DNA from: Candidatus Omnitrophota bacterium
Lineage (GTDB): Bacteria > Omnitrophota > Gorgyraeia > Gygaellales > Profunditerraquicolaceae
Reading direction: 5' to 3'
NCBI GenBank assembly: GCA_018825985.1
Contig: JAHKAP010000071.1
Coordinates: forward strand, 7,556 to 71,555
DNA length: 64,000 nucleotides
Below, piece by piece: positions 56,009-64,000 of this stretch. The notes below the pieces were generated by a model. That model had not been told where the DNA came from and ran no database searches. It saw only the letters and a program-made list of their open reading frames with translations. A program made the translations under genes and the position numbers. Numbering within the stretch: the stretch's first letter is position 1; the number at the start of each line of letters is the position of its first letter.

Positions 56009-57043
56009 TTAACTAATCTGCCAGACAGGACTTATCCTGGCCTCTTCTTGTAACTTCTGGATCCAAGCTCCCAGGCCTTCATATTTCTTGCGGTTTTCAA
56101 CTTTTTTATAATACCCATCCCGCACCTTTGTAAATTCATTCTCATCGGCAACCTTTTTATCCAAAATCCGGAAAACCCCGTACCCCTTGTATATCGGTGT
56201 AGGCGGATAAACAGAATAAATCTCCATTTTAATCATTTTATACAAATCTTCCGAAGGCACTTTCCACATATCTATAAGGAATTCAAAAGCCACAAATCCC
56301 AGCCGCTTGGAAAATTTAGGGTTGGATTTAGCCTCCTGATCCCAAAGAGCCGAATCTTTCATTTTACCATAAAAATCCTGGGCGCTCTTGAGGTCCTCAA
56401 ACTGCACCAATTCCAGGCCGATAGTGTTATACTCGTTTCTGAATTCCTGGCGCAATTCATCTTCACTGATCTCGGGTTTTATGCTATCCAGGACCTGCTT
56501 GCGCAACTTATCCAACTGAATAAGATGCCGCAATTGGTTTTCAAATACCTCCACCGGCTCTCTCAACTTATCACTGACCCACATCGTATAGGCGTTACGG
56601 TTCTGTTTCCAATTAAAATTAATCTTGGAATTATCCAATACCCTAGTGATCTGTTCCTCCAGTTCCTGGGGCTCAACATTAATACCCCTGCGGAATGCCT
56701 CAAAAGAAAGAAGCAATTGCTCCCATATCTGGTTCTCTAACTCTTCATCATTATTAACCGGAGTACCCCATTGATTTCCAAATACTAATATCGCGCCCTT
56801 TATAAAATTATAATTATTGGCCGGGATTTTTATCCCCCAGCCTATGAATTCGCCGGCAAAGGTATTCTCAACATTAAGCTGGGCTGCCGGTTTACTTTCA
56901 GCAGGCTTCTCTGGTTTTACTGCTACCGAAGAAGATATATTATCCTCACTCCTGCCAGTAACAGAGTTATTCTCTTGCGCAAATGCTGCGCTCTTGGTAA
57001 ATAAAATAACCAGAAATATTGCTAAAGCGGATTTGATCATCAT
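56009..57043 (-). CDS. Hypothetical secreted protein
   Basis: Signal peptide MMIKSALAIFLVILFTKSAAFA. No confident domain call. Confidence 0.35.
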   Translation of the reverse strand: MMIKSALAIFLVILFTKSAAFAQENNSVTGRSEDNISSSVAVKPEKPAESKPAAQLNVENTFAGEFIGWGIKIPANNYNFIKGAILVFGNQWGTPVNNDEELENQIWEQLLLSFEAFRRGINVEPQELEEQITRVLDNSKINFNWKQNRNAYTMWVSDKLREPVEVFENQLRHLIQLDKLRKQVLDSIKPEISEDELRQEFRNEYNTIGLELVQFEDLKSAQDFYGKMKDSALWDQEAKSNPKFSKRLGFVAFEFLIDMWKVPSEDLYKMIKMEIYSVYPPTPIYKGYGVFRILDKKVADENEFTKVRDGYYKKVENRKKYEGLGAWIQKLQEEARISPVWQIS

Positions 57044-57046
57044 AAA

Positions 57047-57307
57047 CTAAACTCCCAACAATTTCCTGCGGATCAGATATAAAGAATAACCTTCGCTGGC
57101 TAAACGGGTTATAACCGAAAGCCTTTTCCTAACCTGGCAGGAATCGTAAAAACGGATATTCCCTTTTTTAAGGGCAACTGAGAATAAACCTAGGTCGGTA
57201 TAGTGATTTACTGTCTGGTAAGATATGTGGTATTTATTGATTATTTCTTTGACTGAGATGTTCTTATGATTCTTTTGGTTTTTGGTTTTATACATTGGCA
57301 AAGGCAA
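57047..57307 (-). CDS. Small excisionase/MerR-type HTH DNA-binding protein (module 2)
   Basis: ISVKEIINKYHISYQTVNHYTDLGLFSVALKKGNIRFYDSCQV. A paralogue of 48423-48650. Confidence 0.5.
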   Translation of the reverse strand: MPLPMYKTKNQKNHKNISVKEIINKYHISYQTVNHYTDLGLFSVALKKGNIRFYDSCQVRKRLSVITRLASEGYSLYLIRRKLLGV

Positions 57308-57489
57308 ATTTAGCCCGCGCCTTTTTGGTGCTTAATCGCATTAAACATTCTCCTGATTTATAACAATTTAAGTATATAAAAGGTGCGCAGCTTATCATAA
57401 CTACCATAAGTCTAATATATATCAAATATTTTGGTTTTGTCAAGCCTAAAATACTTATTTTTCAATAAGATAGGTAAATTTGCCTAAAG

Positions 57490-58308
57490 CTAAAAATCAG
57501 GGATAAAATCAGATAAACTCGCGAAACTATCCAGGCTAAGGTCCTGAGGCCGGATGTTAGGATCAATATTATGCTCAGCGAAAAAAATATTCAAGTTATC
57601 TTGTGTCGCTAAATTTTCCAGGCTGTTTCTTAACGTCTTCCTTCTTTGATTAAACGCGGCCCGGATTATCGTGAAAAGCTTTTCTTCATTTTTTACATTT
57701 ACCGCAGGGGTTGCGCGAATATCCAGCCGTATTAGACAAGAATCAACTTTTGGCATAGGCCGAAAACATGACCTTTTAATCATAAAAACTATTTTTGGGC
57801 AGGTAAAATACTGGATAAAGCAGCTGAGCGATCCATAATCCTTAGAACCTTCTAATGAAACTATCCGCCGGGCAAACTCCTTTTGCACGGTAAGAAAAAC
57901 TACATCTACTTTACTGCGGTTCTCCAGCAGATACTCGATAATTGGAGTAGTGATGTAATAAGGTATATTGCCGAATGCCTTGATCTTAGACTTTGCTGAT
58001 CCAAAGTGCTTCTGGAAATCGAATTTAAGGATATCCTGATTGAACAGCCTTACGTTACTTAAGTTTTTCAGGTTTTCCTTAAGCTGGGGATATAGGTCCC
58101 GGTCGATCTCCAGGGCATATACCGAAGCGGTTTTTTCAGCGACCAGTCCGGTCATCTCACCCTTACCTGCGCCTATCTCCAAAACTATATCCGACGATGA
58201 AAACGCGCAGGACGCGATTATCTTCCTGCGGATATTCTGGTCAACTAGGAAATTCTGCCCAAATCTTTTTTTTGGACGAAAAAATAGGGGGCGTTTCCGT
58301 ATTTTCAT
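57490..58308 (-). CDS. rsmA: 16S rRNA (adenine1518-N6/adenine1519-N6)-dimethyltransferase
   Basis: FGQNFLVDQNIRRKI...VLEIGAGKGEMT...FGNIPYYITTPII. The start was set at MKIRKRP and gives an ATGA overlap with the pdxA stop codon. Confidence 0.85.
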   Translation of the reverse strand: MKIRKRPLFFRPKKRFGQNFLVDQNIRRKIIASCAFSSSDIVLEIGAGKGEMTGLVAEKTASVYALEIDRDLYPQLKENLKNLSNVRLFNQDILKFDFQKHFGSAKSKIKAFGNIPYYITTPIIEYLLENRSKVDVVFLTVQKEFARRIVSLEGSKDYGSLSCFIQYFTCPKIVFMIKRSCFRPMPKVDSCLIRLDIRATPAVNVKNEEKLFTIIRAAFNQRRKTLRNSLENLATQDNLNIFFAEHNIDPNIRPQDLSLDSFASLSDFIPDF

Positions 58309-59330
58309 ATATTGGTTGAGAGAGAAAAAATAGAAACGTCCTTCGTTTTTTTTTCTCTCTGATTCAAGCAGCATTTGAAAGCGAGCTTGATTGCCGCGAT
58401 TAATGAGGACGGGTCTGCTTCGCCCTTGCCGGCAATATCAAAAGCAGTGCCGTGTAAAGGTGAAGTTCGCACAAAAGGCAGGCCTAAAGTTATATTGACT
58501 CCGCTGGAATAACCGCTTAATTTCAAGGCAATCAACGCCTGGTCATGATACATAGCTATAACCGCGTCGTATTCGCCTTTAACCGCCCTTAACATTATAA
58601 CGTCAGCTGATTCCGGGCCGTCTAATCTAAATTTTAACCTAAATTCCCTTATGACCGGTTTTATAACCCTATTCTCCTCATCGCCGATCACCCCATTATC
58701 CGAAGCATGAGGATTCAAACCGCATACTGCCAAGCGCGGATGGGGAATATTGAATGAACTCTTAAGGGAGCGAAAAGTAATCCGGATCGCAGAGCGCAAT
58801 GCGTCCTGGTTCACAATGGAAGACACTTTTCTGATCGGGATATGCCGGGTAACCAGGCTTATCCTTATTTTATTATTTAAAAGCATCATTACAAAATCTT
58901 TGGTACCGGTCTTTTTAGTCAGGTACTCAGTGTGCCCGCCATACTTGAATCCAGCCAAATTTATCGATTCCTTGGATATCGGGCAGGTAACCAGGCAGTC
59001 AATTCTTTTATCCTTGATCAACCGCAAAGCCTCGTCAAGATACTCAATCGAGGCCCGGCCATATTCAGCATTTACCTTTCCAAACATAAAATTTTTATAA
59101 TTGACATTGTTCAAGTCAATAAACTCAAACTTATTATTGATGGGGGATGATGAATAATGAATGGTTTTAAATACTTTGCGGTCGCCAATGATTACTATAT
59201 CAGCCTTAACTTTTAAATGCTTCAGGGCCGCGGCGATTATCTCCGGGCCAATGCCGGAAGGATCTCCCATAGTTAAACCGATCTTTGGCCTAAAAGATCT
59301 TAATATACGCTTTTTTACGCAGATCATCAA
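58305..59330 (-). CDS. pdxA: 4-hydroxythreonine-4-phosphate dehydrogenase
   Basis: IGLTMGDPSGIGPEII, GGHTEYL, GLNPHASDNG, AMYHDQALIALKL, PFVRTSPLHGTAFDIAGKG. The start may be a few codons later. Confidence 0.85.
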   Translation of the reverse strand: MMICVKKRILRSFRPKIGLTMGDPSGIGPEIIAAALKHLKVKADIVIIGDRKVFKTIHYSSSPINNKFEFIDLNNVNYKNFMFGKVNAEYGRASIEYLDEALRLIKDKRIDCLVTCPISKESINLAGFKYGGHTEYLTKKTGTKDFVMMLLNNKIRISLVTRHIPIRKVSSIVNQDALRSAIRITFRSLKSSFNIPHPRLAVCGLNPHASDNGVIGDEENRVIKPVIREFRLKFRLDGPESADVIMLRAVKGEYDAVIAMYHDQALIALKLSGYSSGVNITLGLPFVRTSPLHGTAFDIAGKGEADPSSLIAAIKLAFKCCLNQREKKTKDVSIFSLSTNI

Positions 59331-60210
59331 TAAGCTTGACCATTCCTTCCTGCATTTTCCTCTCCCAGAGTATCCTATAGACCCTATCTTGAACCTCGAA
59401 TAAACTCTGCTGGCGGTATAATGTTATATTGCCTACTTTAAAAATGTAAAAACTATCATCTATTTTTACCGGAGCAGAAACCGCGCCGGCCTTAAGGTTA
59501 AATACCACTTCGTCAATCTCTTTTCTTAACTCGCTGTTTTTCCTGCCGGAATGCTTATTGACTTTAAAAGAATACTTATCCGCCGCTTCGCTCCAATCGC
59601 TTTCCGTTTTTAATTTGTCGATTGCCTCTATGGCTGAAGATTCATCAGAAAAAACTATATACTCAAACTCACGCTGTTCAGACAGTTTGAATTCTTCAAT
59701 ATTCTTATAATAAAAATCCGTTACCTCCTCGGGCTCAATAATAATCTTGCTTCTTACCTTAGATTCAATCAGGGCAAACATCAATAGCTGCTCTTTAACT
59801 TTAGTCTCGATATCCGCCTGGACCAAACCCTGCTGCCTTAACGCAATTTCATATTCAGCCTGGTTATTATACTGTTTTATAGTATCGTTTATCTTATCCT
59901 TGATCCTCTGCGGATCGATTTTGATTTCTTCTTTTTTGTCCTCCTGGACTAAAAGCCGGTCCTCGATCAACCTATCCAGCAGGTCTTTTTTTATTGAATC
60001 CATTTTCTCTTCGATCTTTATTTTGTCGTAATTTTCATTTAAACGCATCCGCGTAAAATTCAGAAAATCATCTAATTCTTTCTGAGTGATTGCTTCATTA
60101 TTGACTATAGCGATGATTTTATCAGCAGCGAATGCGGGAACAGTAGATAGTAGGCAGTATGTAGTAGGTAGTATTACAGAAATTATAAAAATTCTAATAG
60201 ATTTAGGCAT
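59290..60210 (-). CDS. SurA-like periplasmic chaperone / parvulin-type PPIase
   Basis: Signal peptide. The N-terminal IIAIVNNEAITQKELDD is SurA N-domain-like. The C-terminal AGAVSAPVKIDDSFYIFKV is parvulin-like. Its position upstream of pdxA-rsmA matches E. coli. Confidence 0.6.
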   Translation of the reverse strand: MPKSIRIFIISVILPTTYCLLSTVPAFAADKIIAIVNNEAITQKELDDFLNFTRMRLNENYDKIKIEEKMDSIKKDLLDRLIEDRLLVQEDKKEEIKIDPQRIKDKINDTIKQYNNQAEYEIALRQQGLVQADIETKVKEQLLMFALIESKVRSKIIIEPEEVTDFYYKNIEEFKLSEQREFEYIVFSDESSAIEAIDKLKTESDWSEAADKYSFKVNKHSGRKNSELRKEIDEVVFNLKAGAVSAPVKIDDSFYIFKVGNITLYRQQSLFEVQDRVYRILWERKMQEGMVKLIDDLRKKAYIKIF

Positions 60211-62107
60211 GAACTTCGTCTCCGATTTTTTTAAAATTAGCTATGGCTTCTTTTAAAAGCCGGCAATACAGATCAAAGCCGACCGAATTGATGAATCCAT
60301 GTTGCTGGACGCCTAAGAGGTTTCCCGCGCCTCTCATCTCCAGGTCCTCCATCGCGATCTTAAACCCTGCGCCTAAATGCGCGTAATCTTCCAAGGCCTT
60401 CAGCCTTCTCCTGGCGTCATTATCCAAGGTATCTTTGCGAGGGACCACAAAGTAGGCGTAAGCCGGGCGGTTAAACCTTCCTACCCTGCCCCGCAGCTGA
60501 TGCAAATCCGACAAACCGAAAGTATGGGCATTATTAACGATAATGGTATTAGCATTGGGTATATCTATGCCCGATTCAATGATCATTGTGCAAACCAAAA
60601 TATCGATATTCCCTTTTATGAAATCATACATAACCTGTTCAAGGACTTTAGAGGGCATCTGGCCGTGGCCTATAGCTATCCTGGCCCCTTTAGGCAAGCC
60701 TCTGGCAATCCTCTCTTTCACTCTTTCGATGTCCTGTACCCGGTTATGCAAAAAAAATACCTGCCCTTTCCGCCGGATCTCCCTGAGGATCGCCTGGTGG
60801 ATCAAATCGCCATCATATTCTACCATAATGGTTTTGATAGGCAACCTATTTTCCGGCGGAGTATTAATCACAGAGAGGTCCTTTGCCCCCATCAGGCTCA
60901 TATAAAGAGTCCGGGGTATGGGGGTAGCGGTAAGTGTGATTACATCAATAGCCAGTTTTAAAGCCTTTATTTTTTCTTTTGCCCTGACCCCAAAACGCTG
61001 TTCTTCATCAATTATCAACAGGCCCAGATCCTTGAATTTTACGTCATCGGACAAAAGGCGGTGGGTACCGATAACAATGTCCACGTTCCCCCGGCTAAGA
61101 TTCCTGATAATCTCTTTTTGCTCAGACAATGTTTTAAACCTCGAAAGCATCTGGACATTGACCGGAAAATCCAGAAGCCGCTGAGTAAAATTCTGAAAAT
61201 GCTGTTCCGCCAAAATAGTAGTAGGCACGAGATATGCTACCTGCTTATTATCCATCATCGCCTTGAAGGCAGAGCGCATCGCCACTTCAGTCTTGCCGTA
61301 TCCTACATCGCCGCAAAGAAGCCGGTCCATCGGTTTAGAAGATTCCATATCCAATTTAACCTCTTTTACAGCCTTGATCTGATCCGGGGTCTCCTGATAC
61401 GCAAAGGTCTTCTCAAATTCTATCTGCCACTGGCTATCCCCGGAATAATTAAACCCCGATGCGCTCAGGCGCATCGCCTGCAAAGTTAGAAGTTCCCAGG
61501 CCAATTTCTGAACCCCCTTTCTGGCCTTATCTTTGGTCTTTTGCCATTCTTTGCTGGACAAACGGTAAAGCTTAGGCCTGCGGGTTTGGAATGAGATATA
61601 TTTCTGCACCAGGTGCATATCGTTGACCGGAACATAAAGTTTTTCCATCCGGTCATACTCGATCACCAGATAATCCCTGAAGCCATCTTTATCTTTTACT
61701 TTCTGCAGCCCTAAGAACTTTCCTATACCATGCAAGTTATGGACAACATAGTCTCCGGCATTAACATCCACAAAACTGGATAAAGGAAATTCTTCGCTGA
61801 AACTGGCGGTTCTTAAGGTATGGGCCTTTTTTATCGGCAGGATGATCGCTATCTGATGTTCCCAGAGCAATGATCCCTCAGAAGGAACAAACGTCTTTAT
61901 CCAGGCTATTTTGTTTTCCAGTCCTAATTCTATCCTTATCGGTTGCTCGAAAGTAAAGGGAAAAACGTCAATTATATTACCCCTAAGCGCAAAATCACCC
62001 TCTTCCAGAAGATTATTCTGTCTCTTGTAATCAAAATTAATAAGGGTGGTTACGAGGCTTTCCAGGTCCACATAACCACCCTTATAAAGTTTCAGGGATC
62101 GAAACAT
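60203..62107 (-). CDS. mfd: Transcription-repair coupling factor (Mfd)-like SF2 helicase, compact form of 634 aa
   Basis: RGNIIDVFPFTFEQPIRIELG (the UvrB-homology D2 motif), helicase motifs (DEEQRFG, TATPIPRT, QLRGRVGR) and the TRG region DLEMRGAGNLLGVQQHGFINSVGFDLYCRLLKEA. Confidence 0.7.
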   Translation of the reverse strand: MFRSLKLYKGGYVDLESLVTTLINFDYKRQNNLLEEGDFALRGNIIDVFPFTFEQPIRIELGLENKIAWIKTFVPSEGSLLWEHQIAIILPIKKAHTLRTASFSEEFPLSSFVDVNAGDYVVHNLHGIGKFLGLQKVKDKDGFRDYLVIEYDRMEKLYVPVNDMHLVQKYISFQTRRPKLYRLSSKEWQKTKDKARKGVQKLAWELLTLQAMRLSASGFNYSGDSQWQIEFEKTFAYQETPDQIKAVKEVKLDMESSKPMDRLLCGDVGYGKTEVAMRSAFKAMMDNKQVAYLVPTTILAEQHFQNFTQRLLDFPVNVQMLSRFKTLSEQKEIIRNLSRGNVDIVIGTHRLLSDDVKFKDLGLLIIDEEQRFGVRAKEKIKALKLAIDVITLTATPIPRTLYMSLMGAKDLSVINTPPENRLPIKTIMVEYDGDLIHQAILREIRRKGQVFFLHNRVQDIERVKERIARGLPKGARIAIGHGQMPSKVLEQVMYDFIKGNIDILVCTMIIESGIDIPNANTIIVNNAHTFGLSDLHQLRGRVGRFNRPAYAYFVVPRKDTLDNDARRRLKALEDYAHLGAGFKIAMEDLEMRGAGNLLGVQQHGFINSVGFDLYCRLLKEAIANFKKIGDEVHA

Positions 62108-62112
62108 TAATT

Positions 62113-64000
62113 TTATAACTTAACTTTTTTCTTCTGCCAGGCAAGCACCAGAGGCGATGCGATAAAAACAGTAGAATATACGCCGGAGACAAAACCGACT
62201 ACCAGGGTGAACGCAAAATTGCTCAACACCTCTCCGCCGTAAAATAGGATCGCCAATACCACAAACAAAGTTATGCTTGAAGTAAGCACGGTCCTGGCCA
62301 GAGTCTGATTTACGCTTAGGTTAATCAATTCCGCAAGGCTCATTTTGCGGCTATTGCGCATATTCTCTCTTACCCGGTCATAAATAACTATAGTATCGTT
62401 GATAGAATAGCCGGCTATGGTCAGAAACGCGGTTACACTTAAAAGGTCGATCTGCCTTCCGGTCATAACTAAAAACCCTAAAGCCACTAATACATCATGT
62501 ATAAGGGCTATTACGCCGGCAAGCGCGAAATTAATATGTTTGAACCTGAAGCCGACATAGATCAATATACCCGCCAGGGACCAGACAATCGCGTAAAATG
62601 CCTTGCCCTTCAAATGCTTTCCGGCTATCGGGCCGACATGTTCGATCCTGAGCATCTGCACGTCTTCATCAGGAAAAACTTCCCTTAATTTTGACATTAA
62701 AACCTGATTCTTATCAGATTTAGAGCGGATAAGAATAGCCTTAGGATTGTCCCGGAATTGCTGGATCGAGGCATCGCCTAAATCCAAATCTTTAAGCAGC
62801 TGACGGATCTTATCTACCTGGGGCGGATTCTTAAATGAGTATTCCTGCAGTTGGCCGCCGGCAAAATCTATACCAAAAGCATTTGATCCTTTTTGGAAGA
62901 AAACAACTAAACCGGCAATGATCACTACCGCAGAAATAACATAGAATACTTTTCTCTTACCGATAAAATCAAGTTTGGTCTCACCGATAAACTTAAGCAT
63001 CGGGAAAGATTTAAGCCACCCGAATTTAAGTAAAAGTTCAAAAATTGTCCGGGTAACCACAATAGCGGTAAACATACTAGCCATCAAACCGATGGTCAGG
63101 GTTACAGCAAAACCCCTTATCGGCCCGGTGCCGAACTGAAACAAAAGAAAAGCTGCGATCAAAGTAGTAAGGTTAGAATCAAATATCGCGCTAAACGCCC
63201 GGTTATAGCCATTAGCTATCGCAGCCTTTAAATTCCTGCCCAAGGCAAGCTCTTCCCTGATGCGTTCATTAATCAATACATTGGCATCTACTGCCATACC
63301 TAACGCTAACGCCATACCGGCGATACCCGGCAGGGTCAGTGTAGCTGATACCCCGGGAAACATATAAGGCAGCATCCCCAAACAGCCTGTGATTATTAAA
63401 AGGTTGAGGATTAAAGCAATATTAGCCACCAACCCGGCAATCAAATAATAGATCGCCATAAATATAAAAACCATGGCCCCGCCGATAAGCGTGGCTTTTA
63501 CTCCTTTATTTATCGAATCTTGCCCCAGTAACGGGCCGACAGTCCTCTCTTCTTCGATAACCATAGGAGCGGGCAAAGCGCCGATCCTTAAAACTATAGC
63601 CAGGTCCTGAGCCTGTTCAATATCAAACCTTCCGGTTATAATCCCTTCGCCTGAAGGGATCGCGTCTTTTATCCGGGGAGCGGACTGAACCTTGCCATCC
63701 AGAACAATAGCTAAACGCCTGCCAATATTCGCGGCAGTGATCTCGCCGAATTTTTTTGCGCCCTCGGCATTGAATTTTATGGATACCGCGGGCTCATTAA
63801 ACGAACTCTGATCAAAACGCACTTGGGCATCGGCTACAGTATCACCGGTTAAAAGGGCCTGTTTTTCCAGAAGTAACGGCTCATTGTCTTCGGTGGCATA
63901 TTTTAATTCAAAATCCTCGGCGGCTTTACCTTCAATCGCCTCTTTTAATTTATCCGGATCAGCGGAAACTAATTTGAATTCCAGGAGCGCGGTTTTACCG
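62113..64000 (-). CDS. secDF: Protein translocase subunit SecDF (fused). The N-terminus lies beyond the window end.
   Basis: SecD C-terminal TM bundle (GPLLGQDSINKG...LALGMAVDANVLINERIREE) fused to SecF (IGETKLDFIGKRK...). The frame stays open from 63823 to 64000 and still encodes SecD P1-domain sequence. Confidence 0.85.
   Translation of the reverse strand, partial: GKTALLEFKLVSADPDKLKEAIEGKAAEDFELKYATEDNEPLLLEKQALLTGDTVADAQVRFDQSSFNEPAVSIKFNAEGAKKFGEITAANIGRRLAIVLDGKVQSAPRIKDAIPSGEGIITGRFDIEQAQDLAIVLRIGALPAPMVIEEERTVGPLLGQDSINKGVKATLIGGAMVFIFMAIYYLIAGLVANIALILNLLIITGCLGMLPYMFPGVSATLTLPGIAGMALALGMAVDANVLINERIREELALGRNLKAAIANGYNRAFSAIFDSNLTTLIAAFLLFQFGTGPIRGFAVTLTIGLMASMFTAIVVTRTIFELLLKFGWLKSFPMLKFIGETKLDFIGKRKVFYVISAVVIIAGLVVFFQKGSNAFGIDFAGGQLQEYSFKNPPQVDKIRQLLKDLDLGDASIQQFRDNPKAILIRSKSDKNQVLMSKLREVFPDEDVQMLRIEHVGPIAGKHLKGKAFYAIVWSLAGILIYVGFRFKHINFALAGVIALIHDVLVALGFLVMTGRQIDLLSVTAFLTIAGYSINDTIVIYDRVRENMRNSRKMSLAELINLSVNQTLARTVLTSSITLFVVLAILFYGGEVLSNFAFTLVVGFVSGVYSTVFIASPLVLAWQKKKVKL

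Noticed and set aside
57308-57489. A 182-bp intergenic region upstream of the module-2 HTH gene, inspected for tRNA or small-RNA genes and CACGGAT motifs
   Set aside because: No tRNA-like T-arm (GTTCGAATC) and no CACGGAT copies are present. It is likely just a promoter region. No specific -35/-10 assignment could be made with confidence.
58309-58374. Longer N-terminal extension of rsmA (MLLESERKKNEGRFYFFSLNQYM...)
   Set aside because: The internal Met (MKIRKRP) gives a canonical KsgA N-terminus. It also gives an ATGA overlap with the pdxA stop codon. The upstream extension would overlap pdxA by 70 bp.
1-64000. Prophage or integrative element spanning the window
   Set aside because: No integrase, capsid, terminase or tRNA attachment site is present. 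The only mobile signature is the REP/RAYT system.

Overview
All of the 60-odd genes in this 64-kb, roughly 40% GC window are on the minus strand. I found no rRNA, tRNA, CRISPR array or phage genes.

Positions 1-32775 form a very large surface-glycan or exopolysaccharide biosynthesis locus. It opens with a WecA/MraY-like initiating transferase and a PIG-L deacetylase. It contains at least 12 glycosyltransferases (GT2, GT4, GT9, GT-C), at least 8 SAM methyltransferases including two FkbM-type, a DegT aminotransferase next to a radical-SAM/SPASM enzyme, an MBOAT O-acyltransferase, a Wzx flippase, a Wzy-like polymerase, and a Wzc tyrosine kinase/co-polymerase with a C-terminal tyrosine cluster.

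A RiPP-like cassette (32868-39813) sits between wzc and the Wza exporter gene (40688-41611). It encodes a PF14907-type nucleotidyltransferase, an ABC exporter, two paralogous radical-SAM/SPASM maturases flanking an HprK-like P-loop kinase, a 67-aa candidate precursor peptide with a perfect RBS ending in ...GGQYS, a PqqD-like recognition element and an S24/S26-type peptidase. A palindromic REP family (TAGGGACAGCGACTATTTT) punctuates this cassette, together with a REP-associated tyrosine transposase (RAYT).

Downstream lie two diverged paralogous secretin modules. Each has a GspD/PilQ-type secretin, an ExeA/GspA-like AAA+ ATPase and a small excisionase/MerR-type helix-turn-helix (HTH) protein. 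They come with an HD-GYP c-di-GMP phosphodiesterase, coiled-coil proteins carrying TPR C-termini, and a 1230-aa giant coiled-coil protein with 396-bp periodic internal repeats. Mirrored arrays of CACGGAT motifs sit in the two putative promoter regions.

The window ends with housekeeping genes in E. coli-like synteny (surA-pdxA-rsmA), a compact mfd and a partial secDF. No match to a characterised system was recognised for the RiPP-like cassette or the orphan secretin/ExeA modules.
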